64,000 bases of DNA from Asterias rubens (lineage: Eukaryota). A program made the position numbers and the translations under genes. The stretch lies in contig NC_047067.1 of assembly GCF_902459465.1 (NCBI RefSeq), positions 20,026,001 through 20,090,000 of the forward strand, written 5' to 3'. Numbering within the stretch: the first letter of the stretch is position 1; each line of letters starts with the position of its first letter. The notes under the pieces were generated by a model, which ran no database searches, was not told the DNA's origin, and saw only the letters and a list, made by a program, of their open reading frames with translations. Below are positions 21,901-33,900 of the stretch, one piece after another.

Positions 21901-24900
21901 GGGGGAAGTTAGACTTTTTGTTTAAGCACCTGATAACAGTATCAGTAGGCATTTTTATTCAGTGAGCCTTTATTTAATATATTTTAGCTTTCGTTTCTAT
22001 TGGTAATCGCATTGAGGAATCTGTGATCCATAATGCGCCATATAAATGTATTTTATTATTATTATTTTATTAATTACAATTTTAAAACTGCAAGCAAAAA
22101 AAAATTAAAAGTGCATTTTTTAATTTGTAATAAAATGTGCGGGCAATATGACGTTGCACTTGCAATACACTGTTTGAAGAATGAACTGCCTCGGAGCGGA
22201 AATGCCAGCCGCGTTAAATATTGACTAGTCGGTAAACATGGCCCTGCTTAATCTGATCAAACCGACATTACTGGGCCATCAAGCGTTACACTGGTAACCG
22301 GTAAACAACGCACGATGATATTCTCGCAATTTGGCATAATGCCCAGTTAAATGCCCCACAACGAGGAATTCCATTTGGGGGCGATTGGAAATCTTAAACT
22401 GCCTTTGATCTGCTAATGCTCACTGGGGAAAATGAAAGGTGTTTTTAGTTAGATTATGGACGGGGGATGTGGGTGGGCTGGTGGTAATCATTAAGCATGA
22501 TTGGAAAATTTAATGAGATTTAGAGCAGAAATTTATTATGTAGAAACAGTCTGTAAGAAAACTGTAAAAATGCTAGGTTAAATATTTAGCAGATTTGACA
22601 CTTAAATTTAAACTTACACTTCAAATACCAGTAGATAATTATGTAAAGTCAAGAAAGGTATAGGTGTCATTTTAAGTATTTCATGAAAACTCTGACAATG
22701 ATAAAAAGATTTCAGGTATTGTCACTGTCAGAATTAAAGTGAAATCACAACAATATTTTCAAGTTCATTGGACACGCTAACAATTTCATAATTAATTAAT
22801 TTTTTTAATTGGGGTGTGCAACTATATAAGAATTTTTTTTTTTTAAACGATAATTACTCCAAAATTCTGAAAAGGTTATATCATAATATTTTTTTGCAGA
22901 AAATTTGTTTTAGATTTTTAGTTTTTACTCCGAAATTATTTATTCTGCATTTAGAAAAGAGTAATTTTAAAAGGTTGTAATACAGAGTGGATATAAATAT
23001 TTTTATGTTTACTGTTTGATATAAAACGGAACAAATGAACATCCGTCAACCATTTTATGTATTACAAGAAGATTTGTTCCTTTAAAACATCCATTTTCTG
23101 TGCAAACCACACAAGTCCACGAGTCCTGATCGCAAAAAAAGGCATTCGCTAAATCCAACCATTTAATTAATTAGTGTAACTCACAAGGGACAAAAATGAC
23201 CTTTCATTGAAATCACCCGCTTCCATTTTTGGATGTATCGTTGTTGACATTGATAACAACATCCCCCACTCATCTTGGTATAAATGCGTACAATTCTTCT
23301 ATATTGTAGTTTTGTCCCTCTGCGTGTTTCGACTCAAGGCCTTTGCTTGTCCAATCCCTCGGGTACAGTAATAACAAGCACCCACCAGCCACCCCCCCCC
23401 CTGTTTGCCGTCATGTAAATATCATCCTGTTCTATTATCTTAACATCACAGTGACGTTTCTATAAATACCATCGACATTTCAGTTCAATTCTCACAGCGA
23501 ATAAAGTCTGTTTTATATCATCTACACAGAATCTTAAAGCAGGGCTCAAATTGTACACCGGACCTCCGGCCTGACGCCAGTGATTTCAGTGTCGGGCCAC
23601 TACACTCACGACAGGACAAGTTCAGTGGTCTTGAGTTTTTTTTTTCTTCAACTCAGCATCTTTGTATCAAGAGAATGATGTTCAAATGTTGAGTTGAGTC
23701 TCACAAATATCTTTCAATCCTGCTGAGTATCACCCCAAAAAAGAGAAAAGATAAATAGCCTCTTTGTGTTTGTGCAAATAGAACAGTTAAGATGATAAAT
23801 AGTGTTCTCAGTTTGAATCTAGTGTCAATCTCATTTTGATTATGTTCTTGCAAGTAAAACCCCAATCCAGTTAAGATTCTCAGCTACATTGTGTACATGT
23901 ACAGGTCCTGTGGTCTTGTGGAGTTTGCCCCCAAATTTGTGCCCTGCTTAATTAAAGCCCAGAGTCAAACCTACTAGTCAAATTTCTTGGTGTAAGTTGC
24001 GTCTTCAAAAAGTACTCTTCAGTGAGGTTTCTCAGAAGACCGGAGAATGCCCTCCGATGGTCTCTTTCGGATAAACTGCCAATTGGCACACTCCGAGTTA
24101 TTTAAAGTGGATAAAAAACAGATCGCTTTGAAAAATGGACCGCTTGTACGGCTTTACTTGCAACCAAACAATTTATTTCTTAATGACATTCTTATCTCAG
24201 CATTGCATTTGCCCGAAGCAACGTCATCTCGATGATAACACAAAATATTCATAAACAAGATTAAAATTCCAAATGGCAGAGGAACTCATCTCAAATAATT
24301 TTCATGGCAACCACCCCTGAATGTTTGAACTGATAATACAACTCACACATTTACGGCTAGACAACCTACATCTGATAACGGTACTTGACTTTCATTGTTG
24401 GATGCAGGAAGCTTGTGTGGTCACTCAATCTTATTATTGGATTGCATTATTGACGTGATTACAGAATTACTGGAGCAAGATGATGGGAGAATTTAAAAAC
24501 AGCTGAGGACTTTTGATCCCTTTTTCTTTTTCTTCCTTTTTTCTTCTCTTCTAAACATGGCTAGATAGTTCAGTTGGTAGAGTACAGGCATGTAAATCTG
24601 GAGGTGGGATGTTCAAATCCCACTCGAGACAATTTGTCCTTGCTCACCTAAATTTGATGTATGAGTACCAGTCAGTGTCCCTTGTGATTTATTACTTTTT
24701 AGGTAGTTGAACTACTTTGATTCAGTGGTTTCTTTCCCTGCCTCTTCACCTCTATGGATGCTGGTTCGAATGCCAACTCGGACCAGAGCCTTGCATGAGG
24801 ATTGGGTTTTCAGTCCCTACCTAATTGTGCATGGTTTCCCCATTGGGGTTTTCCTCCCACCTCTAAAACTGAAAATTTCTTCTTGTTACTTATTCATCCT

Positions 24901-27900
24901 GTTATTGGCGCTAATTGTGCTGTTGGATGTGTAATCAGGCTTGAGGAAGACTCAGCAAGGGTCGAAACATCAGGCAATTAACTATTTTTTTTTTCATTTA
25001 TAATATATTTCCTTTTGGTTGGTGAGCAAAAGGCAATTAGCTAATTCGATTTAAATCTCAAATAAATAAATAAAAAAATAACAGCACAGGAAACATTTAC
25101 CTCTACAGCGGTCCTAACATTTACCTTCAGAAAAATCAGGCGACAAAGCTTTTGTCAATTTCTTAGAGTGTATGTCCCGTAGCATCCCATTAACAATCTG
25201 TAAATCTCTTGGCAGACTCAAGGCAGAGTGAAATATTGAACCTTATCTAGCAAGCAAGGACATTCTTAACGTTGAGTATTCAATTTCTTCTTGTGACGTG
25301 ATACTCTAAAACAATCTTACTGCATTATGCCTAGCATCCTCATCTTTCAAACTTGTCAGAAGAAACACTACATGAGACATTAACCAGTTCCCGAGCGAGT
25401 AAGGTCTTATACCCCACAGTTTACGCACCTTTGGTTTTTGGAACTATTGGATTGTTTTAATCCTATATAAACGTAGTGTACACAATAAAACTAACATCTG
25501 AAAATTTAATCTCAAAGATCGTAACGTTTTTGAGATACAGTCAAAAGTCTAGAGCGGTTGTGTCCATGGATGCAGGAAGAACACTAGTAGCAATACACTA
25601 ATGAGAAGCACTACTGACTGTTACACTTTTCAGATTCAAAGTTTCGGGCATAAAACTGACATCTTTTTACATTTGAAGTGAAATGTTTCCCAGAATGCTT
25701 TATACAATCGAAAGCTGCTGTAGGCTTCTAACCAAAAGTTTCTATTGCCATTGATTTTAAGAGAGATTACCAAATGTACACCTTCCCTTTAAACAGTCCC
25801 TAAGTAAGGTCTTAATATGTATACACACTCTCAAGTTTCATATTGTGACGTCATCTTCCTTAGCGGATAAGAGAATCATGACGGCACAAGACACTGACTA
25901 GTAACACAATCTCAGATTACATCAATGAATTGAACATCATGAAATCCTCCTCATACGTGTACATGTACCAGCTTTACTCGATACTCTGTGTGGGGGCACA
26001 TGTGCTGATTTTGCATGTGATCGTGACACGGAATGAGTATTTATTTCCCTTCATCTTCTCCATGAGCAATTTTCATTTTTATTGCCAATACTTTTAAGAG
26101 TGATTCCCAAACGTAATGGTTACCAGTCCCTGAGTAAGGTCTTAACATACACACTCTTAGGTGATCACACCGTGACGTCATTCTCTTGGCATCTCTTACT
26201 CTACATACATGTAAGAGGAAAGTGACGGCACGAGACACTGACCGACGCATTCTCCGATTACATCAATGAATTGAACATCACAAAATCCCACTCATACCAG
26301 CTTTACTCAATACTCTGCATGGGGGCATGCTGATATCCAACATGTGACCGTGATACAGAATGAATGAATATTTGTTTTCCTTCATCTTCCTTTCATAATT
26401 ATTTCCTTCTCCGAGAGTAGTTTCGTTTTTATTATGATAAATTTCACTCTCGAATACATTTAACTACATACATACCCTTTGTTTCTATGAAACACTTATC
26501 TCTTCAAATACCACAAATAATCAAGATGAGTGAAAACAAAAAATGTTTTTCAAGTTTATCCTTAAATATAATTATGATATTTCATGTAAACAAGCATGAC
26601 TTTGCAGAGTGAAGTTAATTTATAGGGCAGAGGGATCTCTACTTACCCATCTTTCCGTAAGTGATAGCGGAAGAAGTCGTTGCCGACAAGTTTAATGGCT
26701 TTCTCTGGAGAGATCAACGTGACATTCACACCAAAACCTGCCGGGCGAAGAGACACAAAAGAGAAGAAAAAGATTTAAAGGGATGGTATACCTTTTGTAA
26801 TTACTCCAAAAAATTAATGACCATAAAAACGGTTTACTTGGTAATACGAAGCACTGTAGCTTTTGATAATGTATAACATTTCAAGCAACAATTTCCTTTC
26901 TAAGGAGTAGGGTTTAAGAGGATTCAAAAACATTTCAATATGAGAAATGTTCTGTATGAAATGGTTGTCAGATTGTGTTTTCCTATTACAGATTTTTGTT
27001 CCTGTGTACATCGTTTATTTCAGTGGACAAAATTGACTGTTTGTACTAGGCGTATAGCAACAATTCCCCAAGTGCATTCTCCATAAATATTAAAAGAACA
27101 CTTCTGATTTCATTTTTTTGGGGTCTGATGATCATGTATAAATCTGACATTTAAGTTTTATAATAACAATCTTCAGAACATGTCAATTTGCATCAGTGAT
27201 AAAGAACATTACTTGTGTTTTACGCACACACTGATGTGTGTTAAACACGGATGTGTGTTAAACACTGCATACTTGGTACTCTCCCCGAGTCCTGCATTGA
27301 GGGGTATAATCAGAGTAAGAGTAAAACAAAAATAATAATAATGAAACCTGTCCTTTCATCATCTTGTTCAAATTCAACACAATATTGTGGAGTGAATAAT
27401 GCTGACATTTTCTTCTCTTAAAGTAAAAATCAATCAAAAATTCACAAACAAACAAAACAAATAAATAAAGATGTTGTACATGTAATTTAAAACTTGTTTT
27501 CGCTCAAACCCTATAGTAATTTTATAGCCTCTTGTTAGGGTATTTCTTTAGAAATTCAAATTGAGGGGAAAAGAGTACAATTCAATCTCCTCTTCTTATT
27601 GACAACAGCACTGGTCTTAATTGCTTTTCAATCAAAAAAGGTAGATGAGAACAATTTACACTACTGACTCGCCTGCCGTCTTAAACCGGAGACGGACTTT
27701 ATTAATAGGTGACGTGAATTTTAATGTCTTGAATTCCTATTTATACTACGGATTCATTATCTCGCCTCTAAGAAGGCATAATTAATTAATTGTATTCATC
27801 TAGCTAAGGTACCTTGAGGCCCCGTGTACGCAATTAAGACCACTTCTGAAAAATGACGTAAGCACTGATGGGTACGTCACGCAGTGCCCTTGTAGAGTAT

Positions 27901-30900
27901 GTGCCCACACGGATTGGATCAATAAGTACATCTACGCTAGATTTGGTTACTGTGTATTTATGCAGTTTGACCGTGTACGTGTACACTTTACATCTACCCT
28001 TAAAGGCACTGGACACTATTGGTAATTACTCAAAATATTTGTTAGCATTAAAACTAACACGGTAACAAGCAATTGAGAGCTATTGCTAGTATAAAATATT
28101 GTGAGAAACGGCTCCCTCTGACATGTCTGAAGTACGTAGTTTTTGAGAAAGAGGTAATTTCTCACTCAATTAAAAGATTTCAGGCCTTTTTTCTTTAATT
28201 ATTCTCTTGCAACTCCGATGACCAATTGAGTAAATCTTTTTTAGAGATTTGATTTTGTATGCATACATGTATGTTGGGGTGCACCAAGTGAGAATACTAG
28301 TCTTTGACAATTATCAAAGGTGCCCAGTGCCTTTAACAAGCAGCCAGACCCTTACACACATGGCTTAGTCAACATTTTTGCCATGTAACAAGACACTCTT
28401 GAATCGATCACACAGGGTCTCAAGAAAGTGACTGCATTTCGCGAAATGTTCCGATAATTTACTGATTGAGGCCCTTTTTTTTTGTAAAGTCAGAGCTGCC
28501 AACATTTTGATCTTGTAATCAGGGAGATTGTGTACAACAGTCAGAGAGATGTACTATTATTTGGTTAATGAACACCATGTGTTCATGAAATTGCTGTGTA
28601 AAATATTATTATTATTATTTTTGAAAACTTGTCTTGCTATATTCTTCTGTCGCGGAGTAGATTTTAACAAATTCGGGAGACTTGTCTAATCAAGATGATA
28701 TTTATAATTACTTCCAACATGATAGAAAATAAGTTTCCGTAATCAGGGAGATCGTCAAAATTGTTTATCAGAAGATGGAAAGATTGATTAAATTTCAGGG
28801 AACTTTCTGTAGAAGCAGCAGGGGGAGAGTTGGCAGAGCTCTGTTGAGTGTGCGCATTTTCTCTCCCATCAATTAGTACAACCATTCCAACAAGAAGAAA
28901 GTAATGATTTTTTAAATCCTTTTCTTTAGAAAGCTACAGTCAAAAATCGCCAGGACAAGTACATACCACTTTATTCTTCAGAAAAAATCCCCACTGCGTG
29001 CTTCGAAATGTATTTTTGTAAAAGTTGGCAACATTGTTATTGCACAGCGCTAGACTCTCATGGGATTTATTTTCAATCTCGCAGTTCACAATCGCTCGAG
29101 TGAGACGTACTCAGAACTTCATCCCCCGCCATTCGAAGAAAACAAAAAAAGTCCGTCGACATCCTCCCCCGAGAGAGATGCGCTAGTGCTGGTGACCTTT
29201 AACGGCCACGATAAACACTCTAAGGATGAGCACTGTCTGAATCGCATGCCTTGGGTAACCTATACCATCCCATTACTAGATTATTGTTCAAAGCAAAGTA
29301 CGGAGAAAACATGCCTAAGGGGGTGGGTGTTTAGAAGGGGGGGGATGGACACGGTCTGCAGTCTAGGTCACCGCCTCTGCTAAATGTTGCTCTTAAAATC
29401 AATAATAAAATATTGATTGCGTAATGTGACTCTATTATTACGATGGGCGGGCTAGCTACATGTTTTGCATTCCTGCACAGGGCATGTTCACCTACATTCA
29501 TCTTTGTTTTTAAACATAAAGTGTACACTTCTGATAAAGGTTTGGGGCAAGTGGGAAGGGTCGGAGGGTGTGGGGGGGGGGGCAAAGTGTTAGGGGATGG
29601 GATGGGAGGGGGTAGGGAATCCAGCAGGGAAACAATTCTTTGCCAGGAAACTGAGACCAATCTCACCTTTATATAAACCTCTAATTCCATCTGCTTTTGC
29701 TGTCTTTATGAAACAATCAAATCTGGAAACAAAAGTAAAACAAATGTATGATAAGACTTGGACTAAATGGTAAGCTTTGTACATGTATCATGGGGCAGCT
29801 ACATATCTTTTCAGCAGGAGAAACTACCAGAGAAAGTGGATAGAATTTGAATGATTTGCGCACCCCTCAACAAAGATTGACAAATCAGGGAGACCCCCAA
29901 CATAGGGCTAGATAAATCAGTTTGTGCAGCACCCCCATGATTCCAATTGTCATTGTTCACATCCTGCTCTGTTCAAACCCGAATCATTTAACCAACACCT
30001 ACATGTAACACCGCAAACAATATGTTGGTGTCATCAGCATGGTATAGTTTCTATGTATTACACACACCACCCACCAACATACACAGTATTTAATTGAGCA
30101 TTAATATGCCATCAAGCGCGTCCCCAGGAAATGATTACTTCCGTTAACTTAGATTATCCTGTCCGGACTATAATAACAATAAAGGACGATCTGCTGGCAC
30201 CCTGCTTAGACGTCTTTAATTCCTGCCGATTTGCAAATCTGCGGGGGAGGTTTGCGCAACGACTGAGCGTCACAGACTTATAAAGTATACGATCACCATG
30301 ATTAAGTTTGAGTTTCATGGTAACGGACGGACGGAAATGTCGCACAAAAACCTTGGAATTAAACATTTGGCAAGCATCTTTCCGTTTGTGGTCAAAATTT
30401 AATTCAGGATTCAATTAATTTAAAACCTGTTTGGGTTTTAAGACATAGCTCTTTCAAGGTCAGACTCGTTATTTTGTATACATCTTTTATGTAATAAAAA
30501 ACAAATAGAATGATGAAAAAGATGTATTTATCACACTACATTTGACAACAGATTTATTTGATTAACTTACAATGTAAATTGTTTAAGAATGTCGTGCCAT
30601 TTTTTATCCGCAAGCTTTGCTGCGGTTGCTCCTTATACATTAACCACAAATAGCAACTTCACTTCAGTTGGCCTTGAGCGTCCCAAAACTGATCACGGCA
30701 AACAATTCATAAAGTTTGTAAATCCGAAGCCAAAGATTTATGATTTATTATCATTGAATGTCACTCCAAATTGACTGTGAACAAATGGCAATCGGGGAGG
30801 TTGCAAGCAAGGAGACAAGCAAATATCGGATGATAAATAATCTCCAAAATAACCGAAAATTTTACTAGAATGTCGCAAGTGGGTGATGTAAGCTGGTATT

Positions 30901-33900
30901 TATTATTATTCCGAAGAATCTGAACAAGAAATTCGAGAAGCAAAATATTTTGCTGATCTTGGGTTTCACGATACGACTGTAACAAGATATCTGCTGTTTG
31001 TTTATCTTAAACCCAAATTTCCCCAACGGTTTCCAAAGAACTCTGAATTGGATAATGAAGCGATTGTAGATTGGGTTCACAAAAAGATGCTAGCGATTGG
31101 ATGAGGGTGGGGGTAGTGGATAGCAAATACCTAACAGGATATTTGCAGTGTCAGGGCTTTCCTGGCAGCTGGCACGTCACCAATGAATTGATATACTTAC
31201 AGGTTGTTGTACATCCGCCTACCATCGCTGACTTGTTGGTTCTGAAGTCGTGTTTTCACCAGGTCGATGGGGAAGATGCAGGTGACACCCGCAACTCCGG
31301 CCAGAGCACCATTTATACACTTAGCGGGGAGACTGGGTACCATACAAAATAAGGAGAAAAAAAATGGTTAACAAATTGCAGGCATCTTAATAAAAAAAAA
31401 GTATTAAACAAACCTGTGGCAGGTCCATGTACCAAAACTGTTGTTATACTTCAGAAAGTATGATACTTTTAATGTTTGGTGGGAACATTCTGGAAAAAAA
31501 GCACCAAAACAATTTTCTAAACAGTTCAGCCCTTTTTCGGATCAGTGGACTGCATGCGTATTTGCTTCCATAGTCCAGCTCCTACATGTTCAACCAATTT
31601 TGCAACTTCCGTTTTAATTATTTATTTAACACCCAACAACAAACATCAAAACAAAACAAGAAATAATCATTCGCATGAAAACAACAACAAATATTTTCAA
31701 ACATGAATCCGCAGTGCTGAAAACTAAAAGTTCTAACATGAAGCTTGGGAAAAACAACAAAGAAACAAACCAAGGGGAAAAACTATGAACCGCTAAACCA
31801 CATCCCTAAGAAATATTCATGCATGACAGAATGTTGGGATTAAAAACATTTTCTAAAACAAATGATCTCAAACATTACCCAATAAAAAGCAGGTGTTTGC
31901 CCTTAACATTTCTAGGGTGTGGCCAGCAGGAAACAACAACAAATCATAATTTACCAAAACTAAATAAGATTCAGCACAACTGAAAACCAAGAACATGGAA
32001 CTTGGGGGGAAAAAAAGGGAAAAACTATGAAATGCTTAAAAGCACCAACTCTGTGAAAAATAATCATGTTTGACAGAAAGGTGGAATTCAAAACATTTTC
32101 CAAAACAACTGATTTTAAAAAGTACCCAATACACACCATAGAGTAGGGGTTGTCTTTAAACTGAAGTTAGTTTTGTCAACCCCCCCCCCCCCAAAAAAAA
32201 ATCTTTATAACATTTCCCGAACCAATGTGATCTTTCTTCTAGAATTACGCCAGAATATAAAATTTTACTGAAGTTTCTGCCTGTATTACCAAGAATTGTT
32301 CATAGCTTAAAGGAAATAGTGCAATATTTTCAAACTACTTTGCTTGCCATCAATCTCAGTACGGAACTGTACCGTGAAATGCAATTATGAAAACAGTGTG
32401 AAAGATATTCATCATTCCGCAATTACACCGCAACGTCATCAACTCTCTAGCGGTATGTGTGTACACACAGATAAGGTGTCTAATAACAATAATGCCCAAG
32501 GCGTGAATTATGATGTGTTTTGACATCTCGACCAAGTGTCTCACAGTAATTAGCACTTCACTATTTTTTATTGTCAACTAAGAGTACTTTTTACTGCTTT
32601 TCCTTTTTTATGGTCTTAGGGTTTGACCTGGAAGGATTTTTCTCAACTGTGTGGCATTCTGGACCCCAATTTATTGGATGCTTTATTTATTTGCATTTCT
32701 TAGGCCTTATCAAAGTAATAAAAAAAGTCAAGTTCAACCCCAAAACCCCAATCCAAACATGAGAAACCGAGCACCAAGTATGGATTTTATTCCACTTTAC
32801 AGATGTTCCCCCACCCACACAACCGCCTCTGACAAATTTGTTATCTGATTCACAAATTTTTTGAAAAAAAAGGCCGTTGCCAGATGAGGAAATCAACTAC
32901 ACCCACTTAGAACGCGTCGGCAAATTCGGGCCGCACAATTCACAAGGTCGTCTCTCGCACATTTTGACAGTAACAATCGGTAGCGAAGCGAGCTCTACAA
33001 CAAATTCAAATGACTCATAATATACACCTACTACTACCGTACTAAGAAACCATTGGCAAATCCGGCCGTACAATTTTCGTTGTTCTCTTGCACATTTTCA
33101 CAGTATCAATCGGTAACGAAGCGAGCGCTACAACAGATTCAAGGGACTGCAAGCTGCAGGAAGTGGAAAATCAATGTTAAGTGCTCTGATAAGACGGTCC
33201 AGTGCCTCAGCTGCCCATTCTTTTGATTAATTGCATTTCAATGGGAGGGGTAAATGCAGAGAAAGCCTTGCTTTACACACCACACTATAACCTTAAAAGT
33301 GCTATGCGTGTCGTAACACAATTCAAAACAACTTCAATCCAGCATCAAAACATTTTGTGTTTGTCTTGGTAAAATTGTAATCAACTTTTGGCACAGGCTC
33401 TTTGTACAGTTACGGATCAACATTTTGTCCGGCGTGTATTTTCAACGGAATCTTATCAGATTACTCTCAACTGCCATCAACAGAAATTATCAAAAAAAGG
33501 TTACAGACTGATAAAATTTGAGAATTAGATCAAATTTGAAAATTTTGACAATTCAAACCACTTTACACAACTCAGAAAAATGATATCGCGCAGAGGCATG
33601 GAATTTCTTTTAGAATACCGCCATAAATAACGACATCTAAATCTGTATTTACCAGACAATTTTTACTCCATATAATATCAAAAGACATACTGGTACCCCT
33701 AACTCCAACTACCATGAATCGCAACTGTGATGAAATGTGCACAATCATGGTTTGGCTATAAATAGGCCAACTCTTGAAATATTCTCCCCTCTCTCTCCAC
33801 CACCCATCAATGTCTTAAAGCTGGCTCTTTTCGTTTGCACAGATTGAAGTCCCATCACAAACACAATCCCGTTGAGGCTGAATACTGATAGATTATAAAT

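Noticed and set aside
23186-23360. Possible cryptic minus-strand exon ending at GTGAGT in SLC25A22 intron 4
   Set aside because: There is no convincing acceptor, the longer frames have stops, and no homology is recognised.
24030-24065. CTCAGAAGAC-CGGAG-AATGCC-CTCCG as another hammerhead-like copy
   Set aside because: It lacks GAAA and the family tail; a 5-bp stem can arise by chance.
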